The notes under the pieces are model-generated. The model worked only from the letters and a program-made list of their open reading frames with translations, was not told the origin of the DNA and searched no databases. A stretch of DNA of 64,000 nucleotides from Balanoglossus misakiensis (lineage: Eukaryota; Animalia; Hemichordata): positions 1,951,000 to 2,014,999 of the forward strand of contig CM082587.2 in NCBI GenBank assembly GCA_040954595.2, read 5' to 3'. The number at the start of each line of letters is the position of its first letter. The first letter of the stretch is position 1. Positions 63,985 through 64,000 of this stretch are shown piece after piece. A program made the position numbers and the translations under genes.

Positions 63985-64000
63985 TGGTGTCCAACCACAG

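Overview
Eukaryotic, intron-rich, AT-rich animal DNA. It is probably an invertebrate deuterostome (inference from gene content; the species cannot be determined from sequence alone). I reconstructed exon chains by hand from GT/GC-AG boundaries and checked phase continuity. There are about 13 protein-coding genes: (1) the 3' part of a complement factor B/C2-like gene (+); (2) a 22-exon secreted mosaic gene (-) with WAP-6xCCP-Ig-3xCCP-Ig-2xCCP-follistatin/Kazal-Kunitz-Kunitz-NTR(C345C), wedged between two factor B paralogs; (3) a complete 6-CCP factor B/C2-like gene (+); (4) SUCO (-), with (5) an intronless antisense ORF nested in its first intron; (6) an intronless coiled-coil ORF downstream of an RFX X-box; (7) a small secreted Cys-rich orphan; (8) EIF3G; (9) SPOUT1; (10) GTF2B/TFIIB, with a duplicated 3' splice acceptor; (11) a catalytically dead caspase paralog with kB/IRF/CRE-like upstream motifs; (12) an active single-DED caspase; (13) C12orf57/C10. 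Several MITE families and microsatellites are present. The most interesting items are the Bf/mosaic-CCP/Bf complement module, the caspase/decoy pair, and a gene set whose human orthologs map to the MHC paralogons. No CRISPR, rRNA or tRNA is supported.
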